Virus record (IMG/VR): IMGVR_UViG_3300037783_000021 | Span: 1-27,142 of that record | DNA length: 27,142 nt | Source of the DNA: a virus | Taxonomy: Duplodnaviria > Caudoviricetes | Direction: 5' to 3' (one strand) | Shown: positions 8,018-15,349 of the stretch, piece by piece | Position numbering within the stretch: position 1 is the stretch's first letter | Layout: each line of letters starts with the position of its first letter | Position numbers and translations under genes: made by a program | The notes under the pieces: model-generated | The model's database searches: none | The model's input: only the letters and a program-made list of their open reading frames with translations | Told to the model about the DNA's origin: nothing

Positions 8018-8251
8018 TCAGTCTTCCTCCTCTTCATCATCCAGCTGCTTCATCACGTCGCCGATCCGCTGGTCGATCTCGTGGGCAGGCACGTCATTGT
8101 AGAGGTCGGCTGCTACATCCATAGCCAGCGTCTCGAGGACCTCGGACCGTGCTTCGGTTTCCGCCAGCTTGGCCTCCAGCTCCTCGATGCGGTCCATCAT
8201 ATCGGCTGCCGTGCCGAAATATACGCCGCCGCGCATGTACATCTGGGTCAT
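8018..8251 (-). CDS. Acidic coiled-coil hypothetical protein
   Basis: 77-aa ORF, RBS GGAGAGG, ATGA coupling. Confidence 0.75.
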   Translation of the reverse strand: MTQMYMRGGVYFGTAADMMDRIEELEAKLAETEARSEVLETLAMDVAADLYNDVPAHEIDQRIGDVMKQLDDEEEED

Positions 8252-8457
8252 TGGTCCTCTCCTTCCCGCATCTTCTGATGCAACGTTTCCAGCCCTGACT
8301 CGACCCTCGCCAGCTCGGCGTCGAGTTCCCGCTCGAGCATGTCCAGCAAGGTCCGCAGTTCGTCCATGTCGTGGTACAGCACGTCCTGCCGCGCCTTGGC
8401 ATCCAGCCGGACAATGTCGATCTTCCGGCGCATGCGGGTGATGATGGTGTCGATCAT
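8248..8457 (-). CDS. Coiled-coil hypothetical protein
   Basis: MIDTIITRMRRKIDIVRLDAK...; ATGA coupling at both ends. Confidence 0.7.
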   Translation of the reverse strand: MIDTIITRMRRKIDIVRLDAKARQDVLYHDMDELRTLLDMLERELDAELARVESGLETLHQKMREGEDQ

Positions 8458-8624
8458 CTCACATTCCCCATGATGTCGAGAGCCGCGCCCACCTCGTGCA
8501 GCAGGCGTTTCTCCTCGTTCTGGACCCAGTATCCGTCCTCGGTCCACGCGTCGGCGCGCGCGTCGAAATAGTCCTCGCACTGCTGCAGGACCGCCACGAT
8601 CATCGCTTCTTGGTCCTTGGTCAT
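8454..8624 (-). CDS. Hypothetical protein (56 aa)
   Basis: Not in the ORF track; MTKDQEAMIVAVLQQCEDYFDARADAW...NEEKRLLHEV; RBS AAGGAG; ATGA overlaps at both ends. Confidence 0.7.
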   Translation of the reverse strand: MTKDQEAMIVAVLQQCEDYFDARADAWTEDGYWVQNEEKRLLHEVGAALDIMGNVR

Positions 8625-8908
8625 TGGCGGCTCTCCTTGTATCGCGCGCGGATGGCTCGGCAGTGGGTCTCTCGTTCCGCTGCGGTGCGCGCAGCGAAAG
8701 CCTCCATCGGAACCCAGAGCGCCTTCGCCAGTTTGTAGGCGGTGTTGTATGTCGGATTGTCCACCCGCCCCGACGTCAGGGTCCCAAGCGTGCCCTTGGG
8801 GAACGGAGCCTCCCGGCAGATGTCCGTGAAGGTCCGGCCGTTGGCGTCGTGCTCCCAGAGATACTCCAGCAGGCAGACAGTGAAGATTGATCGTAGGTTC
8901 TCGGTCAT
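8621..8908 (-). CDS. XRE-family helix-turn-helix regulator
   Basis: RTFTDICREAPFPKGTLGTLTSGRVDNPTYNTAYKLAKALWVPMEAF matches the Cro/C1 HTH pattern; RBS AAGGAG. Confidence 0.8.
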   Translation of the reverse strand: MTENLRSIFTVCLLEYLWEHDANGRTFTDICREAPFPKGTLGTLTSGRVDNPTYNTAYKLAKALWVPMEAFAARTAAERETHCRAIRARYKESRQ

Positions 8909-9195
8909 TGGTTCTTCTCCTTCGATGCGATCTCCCGGGCCCGCTCGAACATCTCGTCCGTGATGTCCTTCATGACCATGCCATGGGCAGCGTCGAGCCG
9001 GGCGTTCTCGCCCTTGAGCTTGAGCAGGTGGTAGGCAGACAGACCGTTCATCAGGTCGCTGTCCTTGGTCTCATGACCGCGCTCCGCCATGGCAACGGCA
9101 AAGACGTGGCCCAGCTCCCGGATCTCGGCATAGGCGTCGTGCAGGCCGATCATTGCGGTGCCGCCGCTGATGGTCTTGTAGAGCTTGAAACGCAT
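8905..9195 (-). CDS. Hypothetical protein
   Basis: 96-aa ORF, RBS AAGGA, coupled to the next gene. Confidence 0.75.
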   Translation of the reverse strand: MRFKLYKTISGGTAMIGLHDAYAEIRELGHVFAVAMAERGHETKDSDLMNGLSAYHLLKLKGENARLDAAHGMVMKDITDEMFERAREIASKEKNQ

Positions 9196-9198
9196 GGG

Positions 9199-9504
9199 TC
9201 AGTCCTTCAGCTCGCCGCTGAGGCGCTTTGCGTCGTAGATGACGGAGGTCGAGAGGTTGGTGGTCAGGTAGGCCTTGAGAGCTTCGTCCAGCTCGACCCG
9301 GATCGGCATGTCCGGGTTCGCCGCCTTCAGGACGTTGAACATGTCCTCGTTGCGGATGCCGCCGATGGCGCAGTAGTTGATCGCCTTGCCGTCGTAGAAG
9401 AACACTGTGGCGACAGCCTTGCTGCCGTCGAAGACCGTGGCGAAGGCGTGGACGAGAACGTCGTCGCCGTAGTGGAACAAGTTGGCGCGGATGATCGCGT
9501 GCAT
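9199..9504 (-). CDS. Hypothetical protein
   Basis: 101-aa ORF, RBS AAGGAGA, strong GC3 codon bias. Confidence 0.8.
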   Translation of the reverse strand: MHAIIRANLFHYGDDVLVHAFATVFDGSKAVATVFFYDGKAINYCAIGGIRNEDMFNVLKAANPDMPIRVELDEALKAYLTTNLSTSVIYDAKRLSGELKD

Positions 9505-9528
9505 GGGGTGTCTCCTTCGATGCGCGCT

Positions 9529-9750
9529 TCAGGACCAGCGGTCCATGGATCCGACAGTGCAGTCCGTCTCGCCGGTCGGAGAAAGCCGCCACGTGCCGCC
9601 CCACACGTCGATGTGATGGGCACCGCCCATGCCGTCGAAATGCGAGAAGCGAACGTCCACGATCCGATGCGTGTCCGCCATGCTGTCAGCGTCAATGTCC
9701 ATGACGAGTTCGCCTGCGCCGGTCTTCTTGTGAATTGCGAGCTTGGTCAT
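9529..9750 (-). CDS. Hypothetical protein
   Basis: 73-aa ORF; leader CCAAGGACCAAGAACCG-ATG resembles those of neighbouring genes. Confidence 0.7.
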   Translation of the reverse strand: MTKLAIHKKTGAGELVMDIDADSMADTHRIVDVRFSHFDGMGGAHHIDVWGGTWRLSPTGETDCTVGSMDRWS

Positions 9751-9889
9751 CGGTTCTTGGTCCTTGGTGCTGGGTGATGAAGAGAGCCGCTCAGCGGGCC
9801 GTGGAGGGCTGGGGTTGGCTGGGGGCTGGGTGGATACCTGAGAGGGGTGGATGGCCCCTCAGCGGGGGGCTGAGGGGCGGGGGCGGGGA

Positions 9890-10147
9890 TCAGTACAGGT
9901 CGAGCGTGTCGTTCTCGACGTGGTACGCGAGGCGAGCCTCGGCCGCACGGCGGGGAGCTTCGCTCTCGTGCCGCTCGAGCAGGGCGCTCTGCTCGGACAG
10001 AAGACGCCACTTCACGTTGAGGATGCGGTCCTTGGACTCGGCAGCGGGGCTGACAGGGTCGAGGCCGTCGAGCTGCTGCTCGAGGTGCAGGATGTCGTCC
10101 TGCAGGACAGCAATGTTCTCGCGGATCTGATCGAGGTTCGTGGTCAT
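9890..10147 (-). CDS. Coiled-coil hypothetical protein
   Basis: 85-aa ORF; leader AAGGACCGAGAACCG-ATG. Confidence 0.75.
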   Translation of the reverse strand: MTTNLDQIRENIAVLQDDILHLEQQLDGLDPVSPAAESKDRILNVKWRLLSEQSALLERHESEAPRRAAEARLAYHVENDTLDLY

Positions 10148-10192
10148 CGGTTCTCGGTCCTTCTGGTTGATGGTGGTTGATGGTGGCGGGGC

Positions 10193-10819
10193 TCAGAAGC
10201 CCCACCGGTCCTTGCAAATCGGACCAATGCCCAGAGCAATGCTGTCCGGGTTGGTCAGCTCACGGCCGCAGCAGGAGCAGCGGCCCGTCTCACGGCCATA
10301 CTCGACAGCCGCAGTAGAGGGGTCCCGAGCAATGCGAGACAGGGCCTCAGCGGCCCACTCAGGGGCTGCATGGACGGCCCGGTAGACGAGGTGCTCGTCG
10401 ATCCTGCCGAAATAGTCCCCCGTCTCCGCGTCCTTGACGTAGATCGACCCAGAATTGCGGCCGCTCAGAGGAGCCAGCGACAAAACCAGACCCGCCGCGC
10501 GGTAGACCGGGCGCTTCTGGCCACTGTCCATCGCACGACCAAACATCAGGTGAATCGCCGAAAGACGCTCCACAGGAACCTGCGTGCGAGCCTCGTCCCG
10601 AGCAGCCTTGGCCGCCCGGGTGGCCGCGATCTTCGCCAGCATGCGCTCAGCCGCGTCCAGCTGTTTGTCGGACAGCGACCGCTTGCGGTCGTACTGCTGG
10701 ACAAGCGACGAAGCAAAGTCGTTCCACGAAACGTGCTCGCGGAGGCCCTTCACTAACCGCGAAGGGCGGTCATCAGCAGGGGCGTTGATGGCATCGAGGA
10801 AGTCAGGTTCGTGGATCAT
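10193..10819 (-). CDS. DUF6011-domain protein (C-terminal zinc-binding motif)
   Basis: YGRETGRCSCCGRELTNPDSIALGIGPIC; N-terminal NDFASSL...LSDKQ motif; start at ATG 10819. Confidence 0.85.
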   Translation of the reverse strand: MIHEPDFLDAINAPADDRPSRLVKGLREHVSWNDFASSLVQQYDRKRSLSDKQLDAAERMLAKIAATRAAKAARDEARTQVPVERLSAIHLMFGRAMDSGQKRPVYRAAGLVLSLAPLSGRNSGSIYVKDAETGDYFGRIDEHLVYRAVHAAPEWAAEALSRIARDPSTAAVEYGRETGRCSCCGRELTNPDSIALGIGPICKDRWGF

Positions 10820-10933
10820 GGTTCTCGGTCCTTGGTTCTGGTTGAAAGCCCCGGGTCGGCAGGGTGGGGGAGGAGACGCCGACCCGGGGGCGGACCAGCT
10901 TGGATGGGAGGAGACCACCGGGCCGCAGACAGG

Positions 10934-10962
10934 AGAGTAGTTGTGGGGAGGTTGTGGGTCAA
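10934..10962 (-). promoter_or_regulatory. Putative sigma70 promoter for the leftward gene array
   Basis: TTGACC-N17-TACTCT; spacer contains CACAAC twice. Confidence 0.7.
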
Positions 10963-11179
10963 GGGGGTTGTTGCAGGGGTGGGTGGGTTTTTGGTGAGGC
11001 GGAGGTGGGGTCCGGGTGGAGGCGGAAGGGGGTGGAGGTGCATACGGTGGTGAGTTTGGGGGGTGGGTTCTCGTGTTTTTGATGTGTTTTCAATGTGTTG
11101 GCAGGGTGTTGACCTGGTTCTTGGTTCTTGGACCGGGGTCCAAATGCGGCCGTGTTCCTAGAAGACACTTGGATCCGGT

Positions 11180-11320
11180 ACTTTGAAAAAAATTTTTCGT
11201 TTCGGGCGGTTTTGGTGTCCTCACCGTACTCACTCGGAAAATATGTATTATTTCTCATGGGTTACGAGGAAAAAACTGCATACAACAGTGTGACTCAGTG
11301 GTGACTCACGTACTCATCAG
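11180..11320. repeat. AT-rich tract with iteron-like short repeats (candidate replication origin)
   Basis: GTCCTCAC 11217, GTACTCAC 11226, GTGACTCAG 11290, GTGACTCAC 11301, GTACTCAT 11310, with nearby AT-rich runs (AAAAAAATTTTT, AAAATATGTATTATTT). Confidence 0.45.
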
Positions 11321-11472
11321 GGCGTCGATTCCTCGCGGGTGTGCAAGACGGTTTCACGCGACAGGGGTTCCCGGGAGGCGCGTCATGTAGAAAGATACTC
11401 CTGTTTCTTGCCTCACCCCCGCCCCGCGTTGTATGTTCTGCCCAACCCTCAGCAGATCGGAGACAGCCGTCG

Positions 11473-11994
11473 ATGGCCTACCCTCGCCAGCTTACCGCCC
11501 GACAGGAAACCTTCTGCCAGCTCATGGCCGAGGGCGTATACTCGCAGACCGAAGCAGCCCGTCGTGCCGGGTTCGCCGAAAAGACCGCGCGCTCTGTCTC
11601 CGGCCGAATGCTGAACGGCCTAGACTACCCGCACATCGTCGAGCGGATCGCCGAGATCCGGGAAGAGCGGCAGCGCAAGTACGGGGTCACCCTGCAGGGG
11701 CAGCTCGAGCGCCTGTACGATCTGTCTCGGGGCGCGGAGCAGGCCGGGCAATATGCGGCGGCAATCAACAGCGAGAAGATCCGGTCAGCGCTGGGCGGGC
11801 TCACCATCGACCGGCGGGAGACGATCAACACGCTGGACCAGCTGTCCCGGGACGAGATCACGGCTCGGCTTGCCAAGCTGGCCAAGGAGTACCCGCAGGC
11901 TTTTGCCTTGGCCAAAAACATGAAAGACGTCACCCCGCGCAAGGCTGACCCGGACCTGATCGAGTACGTGGACAACCCTTCCGACATCGACTAG
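11473..11994 (+). CDS. terS: Terminase small subunit
   Basis: LTARQETFCQLMAEG...SQTEAARRAGFAEKTARSVSGRML HTH typical of Terminase_2; RBS GGAGA before ATG 11473. Confidence 0.85.
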   Translation: MAYPRQLTARQETFCQLMAEGVYSQTEAARRAGFAEKTARSVSGRMLNGLDYPHIVERIAEIREERQRKYGVTLQGQLERLYDLSRGAEQAGQYAAAINSEKIRSALGGLTIDRRETINTLDQLSRDEITARLAKLAKEYPQAFALAKNMKDVTPRKADPDLIEYVDNPSDID

Positions 11995-12066
11995 GGTCAA
12001 AAAGACCCCCGCGCTGCGCTAACAGCCGGGGGCGTGACCGAAACCTAAATGCCAGAGGAGGCTTCG

Positions 12067-12513
12067 ATGCCCCAATCTTTACCCTCCGTGGAGTATCTCC
12101 ACAAGATCCTTCGGTGCGAACCTGACACCGGCAAGCTGTTCTGGCGGGAGAGAACCCCCGACATGTTCTCCGACGTCGATCCCGAGCGTCGTCAGTCCAA
12201 GTGCGAGCAGTGGAACGCCAAGTACGCCAACAGGCCCGCCCTCTGTCACCTGAAGGATAGGCACTTCGTGGGCCGCATCGACGGCACTGTGCACTACGCC
12301 CACAGGGTGCTGCTCGCGATGTACCAAAACCGGTGGCCCACCGGTAAGGTCAGGCACCTGAACAAGGACACTACCGACAACCGCCGGAAGAATCTCCACG
12401 AGATCCCCCGTCCCGAGATCGAGATTCGCCAAGACGAGGATGGCCAAGGCTGGACCATCGGTTTCAAGCCTAGGTACACGACGCGCCGTCCCGTCCTGTA
12501 CACGGGACGCTAA
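12067..12513 (+). CDS. HNH homing endonuclease (HNH_3-like), possibly degenerate
   Basis: EPDTGKLFW...YAHRVLLAMYQNRWPTGKVRHLNKDTTDNRRKNL; RBS GAGGAGG. Confidence 0.85.
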   Translation: MPQSLPSVEYLHKILRCEPDTGKLFWRERTPDMFSDVDPERRQSKCEQWNAKYANRPALCHLKDRHFVGRIDGTVHYAHRVLLAMYQNRWPTGKVRHLNKDTTDNRRKNLHEIPRPEIEIRQDEDGQGWTIGFKPRYTTRRPVLYTGR

Positions 12514-12534
12514 ACCCCCAGCAGGAAGGTCCGA

Positions 12535-12945
12535 GTGGCGAGCACCCCCGAGTCAGGACTGTGGCGCGCTTTCAAGGCTGCCGCCCCTCCGAAGACCTTC
12601 CTGCAACGCATTGAAAACAGGCACGGCGGCGGCATTCCCGATGTGTACGCCATGCTTGACAGTTTGCCTGTCTGGATTGAGCTGAAAATGGCAAATCGGC
12701 AACACCTAAAAATATCTCCGCACCAAGTCGCTTGGCACACAGCGTATTGGGCGCGCGGAGGCCTCTCGTACTTCTTGGCAAAGGCCCCAAGCCCCCGAAA
12801 TTACGTCATTTTTCCGGGATCTAGCGCCTTGGACCTCGCTCAGAGACCATGGACCGAGGTTCCCGGAGAGCGGTTTGAGACGCTTTTTGAGGTGTGGGAA
12901 TATCTCCGGACCGAGGTTCGCGGGCATTATCGCGGGGTTTTATGA
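12535..12945 (+). CDS. PD-(D/E)XK nuclease, Holliday-junction resolvase/VRR-NUC-like
   Basis: RIENRHGGGIPDV...WIELK...ISPHQVAWH. Confidence 0.85.
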   Translation: MASTPESGLWRAFKAAAPPKTFLQRIENRHGGGIPDVYAMLDSLPVWIELKMANRQHLKISPHQVAWHTAYWARGGLSYFLAKAPSPRNYVIFPGSSALDLAQRPWTEVPGERFETLFEVWEYLRTEVRGHYRGVL

Positions 12946-12959
12946 CCTTGGTCGTATGG

Positions 12960-13365
12960 CATTTGCGCCACAGTACTGTGGCCCGCGCGCCACGGTCCGA
13001 GGTCCTTGGTCCTGCGGCCCTGCGGCCCTGCTGCCTTTGTGCAACGGTGGTGTTGCCCTAGCGCCACGCGGCTTTTGTGCCACAGTGGTGTGTCCTGCGC
13101 GCCACGCCCTGCGGCCCTGCGGCCCTGCGGCCCTGCTGGCGCTTGTGACCCGAGGCCCAAGTGGTCTCGGGCCGCAGGCTCGAGACCACTTGGGCCGAGG
13201 ACCTTTGACTTGTGCCGAAGGCACTCAGTTCGAGGGCCGTAGGCCCGAGCGCCGAGGAACGAGGCCACCGATCCAAGGTCCGAAGGACCGTGGATCAAGT
13301 ATCTTGCGCAAAGCGCTCATTTTCCTGGGCTTTTTGACCCAAGCCACCCTGTTGAGTGGCTTGGG
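12960..13365 (+). repeat. Non-coding repeat and hairpin block
   Basis: Palindrome GCCACAGTACTGTGGC (12967-12982); CCTGCGGC tandem octamers (13011-13034, 13108-13139); duplicated TTTGTGC(A/C)AC(G/A)GTGGTGT (13036, 13074); four C-GNA-G triloop hairpins (13154-13296); hairpin 13338-13365. Confidence 0.85.
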
Positions 13366-13384
13366 CCGTTGATACCAGTTCCGA

Positions 13385-13603
13385 TTAGGTCAGGTCCACC
13401 ACGGCAAGGCCTTGCCCTTTGGCGTGCTCCATAGCGTGAAACTTGGTCTGGTGGTCGCTGCTGCTACTTGGATTTGTTGGGTGATCCAACAAGCGGAACT
13501 CCGGATCCCCTATTTGCGCGGCCCACATGTCCGCGACGTCGGGACAGGTGATCACGCCCTGCACCAGCCAAGCGACTTCTGGGTTTTCTGCTGCGTTTGT
13601 CAT
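13385..13603 (-). CDS. Hypothetical protein
   Basis: MTNAAENPEVAW...; RBS AGGAG. Confidence 0.65.
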   Translation of the reverse strand: MTNAAENPEVAWLVQGVITCPDVADMWAAQIGDPEFRLLDHPTNPSSSSDHQTKFHAMEHAKGQGLAVVDLT

Positions 13604-13659
13604 GTCTTTTGCTCCTAGTTGAGGTTGGTGCCGGGGACCGAAGCCCCCGGCGGTTGGTG

Positions 13660-14346
13660 TTAGTGCTCGATGATGGCGATGGACTTGGCCTGCTTGCCGC
13701 CAGCGCAGAGCTTGCAGTCGGCGCATTGCACCCGACGGCCAGCCTCCTTGCTCGCAGGGCAGACCACCTCGTGCGCCGGGTCGATCCTGTCGGTGCCCGT
13801 CAGGACCCGGAAGGTGCGACGACCGTGCCGCCAGTGCGACAACGCCTGTGCGTAGCTGTCCACCGACTGCATGGCGATGTCAGGACGCCACCCGCTCTGG
13901 TGCGAGTAGGCCGTCCAGCCGGACGCCTCGGACAGCAGCTGCTCCCAAACGTGATCCGGGCAGGCTGCCGGGTCGCCGTAGGTGCCGACCCTGACCATCC
14001 GTCCGCGTCCGAGCGCAGCCCGGTCGTGTCGCAGGTCCGGATAGACCCCACGCTGTGCCGCTTTCCAGACCGAGCCCGGTCCGTATGCGAGGTTGACGTA
14101 GCAGCGCCGACCCTTGGCTTGCTTGGCCTTGGGGTCATCGGTCGGATAGCCCCGGAGGTTGCAGTTGCCGCAGATCGCGACGTCGGCGCCGGTCTTGCTG
14201 GCCTCGGCCGGGTGCATGTCCCGGTGCAGGATGTAGGTCTGCAGGACCCGACCGGTCTTGGTGTTCCGGTCGCTGTAGGTGCCGATGACGATGATCGGCG
14301 AGCCATCGAGTAGTGACGGCCCGTTGAAGATTATGCCCTTGTCCAT
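13660..14346 (-). CDS. Cys-rich putative Fe-S protein (phage Gp88-like / radical-SAM-like)
   Basis: NTKTG, CGNC...CYV, VRVGTYGDP, WTAYSH, CPAS...CADCKLC; RBS GAGGAGG. Confidence 0.75.
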   Translation of the reverse strand: MDKGIIFNGPSLLDGSPIIVIGTYSDRNTKTGRVLQTYILHRDMHPAEASKTGADVAICGNCNLRGYPTDDPKAKQAKGRRCYVNLAYGPGSVWKAAQRGVYPDLRHDRAALGRGRMVRVGTYGDPAACPDHVWEQLLSEASGWTAYSHQSGWRPDIAMQSVDSYAQALSHWRHGRRTFRVLTGTDRIDPAHEVVCPASKEAGRRVQCADCKLCAGGKQAKSIAIIEH

Positions 14347-14621
14347 TAGTGGTCCTCCTCGTGATAGATGCGGTTCCAGTCTTCGGTGCAGCTGGTCAGT
14401 CGGCCGTAGCGCAGCACCTCCGACTTGTAGATGTCGCCGATCTCCCAAGACCCGAAGGTGTTGGGCGACCGTGCGGCGACGAGCCAGCGTGCGTAGGGGT
14501 CCTTGGCCTCCGAACTCGCTTGCTTGTAGGTGCGCAGGACGCGCCACTCCCAATCGCCGTGGGCTTTGAAGGTGGCGTACGGCTTGTCGATGTGCGCCGT
14601 CTTGCGGAATGGGTTGGTCAT
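14346..14621 (-). CDS. Phage hypothetical protein
   Basis: NPFRKT...PYATF...WEWRVLRTYK...DPYARWLVAARSPNTFGSWEIGDIY; RBS GAGGAG; TAATG coupling. Confidence 0.85.
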   Translation of the reverse strand: MTNPFRKTAHIDKPYATFKAHGDWEWRVLRTYKQASSEAKDPYARWLVAARSPNTFGSWEIGDIYKSEVLRYGRLTSCTEDWNRIYHEEDH

Positions 14622-14676
14622 TAGTGGTTCTCCTCGTTGATGTGGTGGCCCGGGACGTCGTGCCCCGGGCCGGGGT

Positions 14677-14844
14677 TCAGTCTTCTTTGACCTCGACTAC
14701 GTGGGCGTTCTGGGCCCGGTCAAGGTCAACGGATCGCGCGACGTGGCGCAGCGCGGCCACCATGTCTTCAGCTTCGAACACGTATTGCCCCCATGTCCGG
14801 TCTTCGCGTTCGAGGGTCAGGCGAAAGGTCCTGCGGTCAAGCAT
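14677..14844 (-). CDS. Hypothetical protein (55 aa)
   Basis: MLDRRTFRLTLERED...; RBS GAGGAG; TGATG coupling. Confidence 0.65.
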   Translation of the reverse strand: MLDRRTFRLTLEREDRTWGQYVFEAEDMVAALRHVARSVDLDRAQNAHVVEVKED

Positions 14845-15053
14845 CAGTGGTTCTCCTCGTTGAGTTGTGCTGCGATCAGGGCTTCCTGCGCGTAGGTGAT
14901 TGCGCCGACGCCGATGACGCCTTCGGGCGGGTTGTGGTAGGCGTCCCAGTAGACCTTCGTCAGGCGACCGAGTTCCTTGACCCAGCCCGGGTCGTCGTCC
15001 TTGCCGCACTGCCAGATTGCCTGACACAGCGACTCAAGATCCGTGTAGATCAT
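14844..15053 (-). CDS. Hypothetical protein (69 aa)
   Basis: MIYTDLESLCQAIW...; RBS AAGGAGA. Confidence 0.7.
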   Translation of the reverse strand: MIYTDLESLCQAIWQCGKDDDPGWVKELGRLTKVYWDAYHNPPEGVIGVGAITYAQEALIAAQLNEENH

Positions 15054-15102
15054 GTCTGTCTCCTTGGTTGAGGGTGGGGCGACCGAAGCCGCCCCGGTTG
15101 GT

Positions 15103-15327
15103 TCACTTGTCCAGATGCTCAAGCTTGAGCCGGAGCACCGTCGAGGCTTGCTCAAGGGCGCGCTTCCGCACGGCCTCGAGGTCCTCGACCGCCCGACGTG
15201 CGTAGCGGTCTTCCTCGGTGCGAGGCTTCAGCGCCTCGATCAGCAGGTCTATCGCTCGCAGTTCGAGCACTGCGACCACTTTGATTGTCTCTTCCGAGAC
15301 GTAGCTGAACTCGATTCCGTTGGACAT
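15103..15327 (-). CDS. Hypothetical protein (74 aa), first gene of the leftward island
   Basis: MSNGIEFSYVSEE...; RBS AAGGAGG. Confidence 0.75.
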   Translation of the reverse strand: MSNGIEFSYVSEETIKVVAVLELRAIDLLIEALKPRTEEDRYARRAVEDLEAVRKRALEQASTVLRLKLEHLDK

Positions 15328-15349
15328 TTCGTCCCTCCTTGGTTGAAGT

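Noticed and set aside
10816-11258. Pro/Thr- or Gly-rich ORFs in the G-skewed region
   Set aside because: By-products of G/C runs; they overlap the predicted promoter and repeats
12960-13140. Possible CRISPR array
   Set aside because: Repeats are 8-18 nt, tandem or irregular, without unique spacers of constant length; no cas genes
13338-13365. Intrinsic terminator call for the 10-bp hairpin after the leftward island
   Set aside because: No downstream U-tract on either strand, so kept only as part of the structured block
12875-13372. Several ORFs across the repeat block
   Set aside because: Translations are just the repeats (PCGPAAL, AAGPQG); no RBS or coding bias
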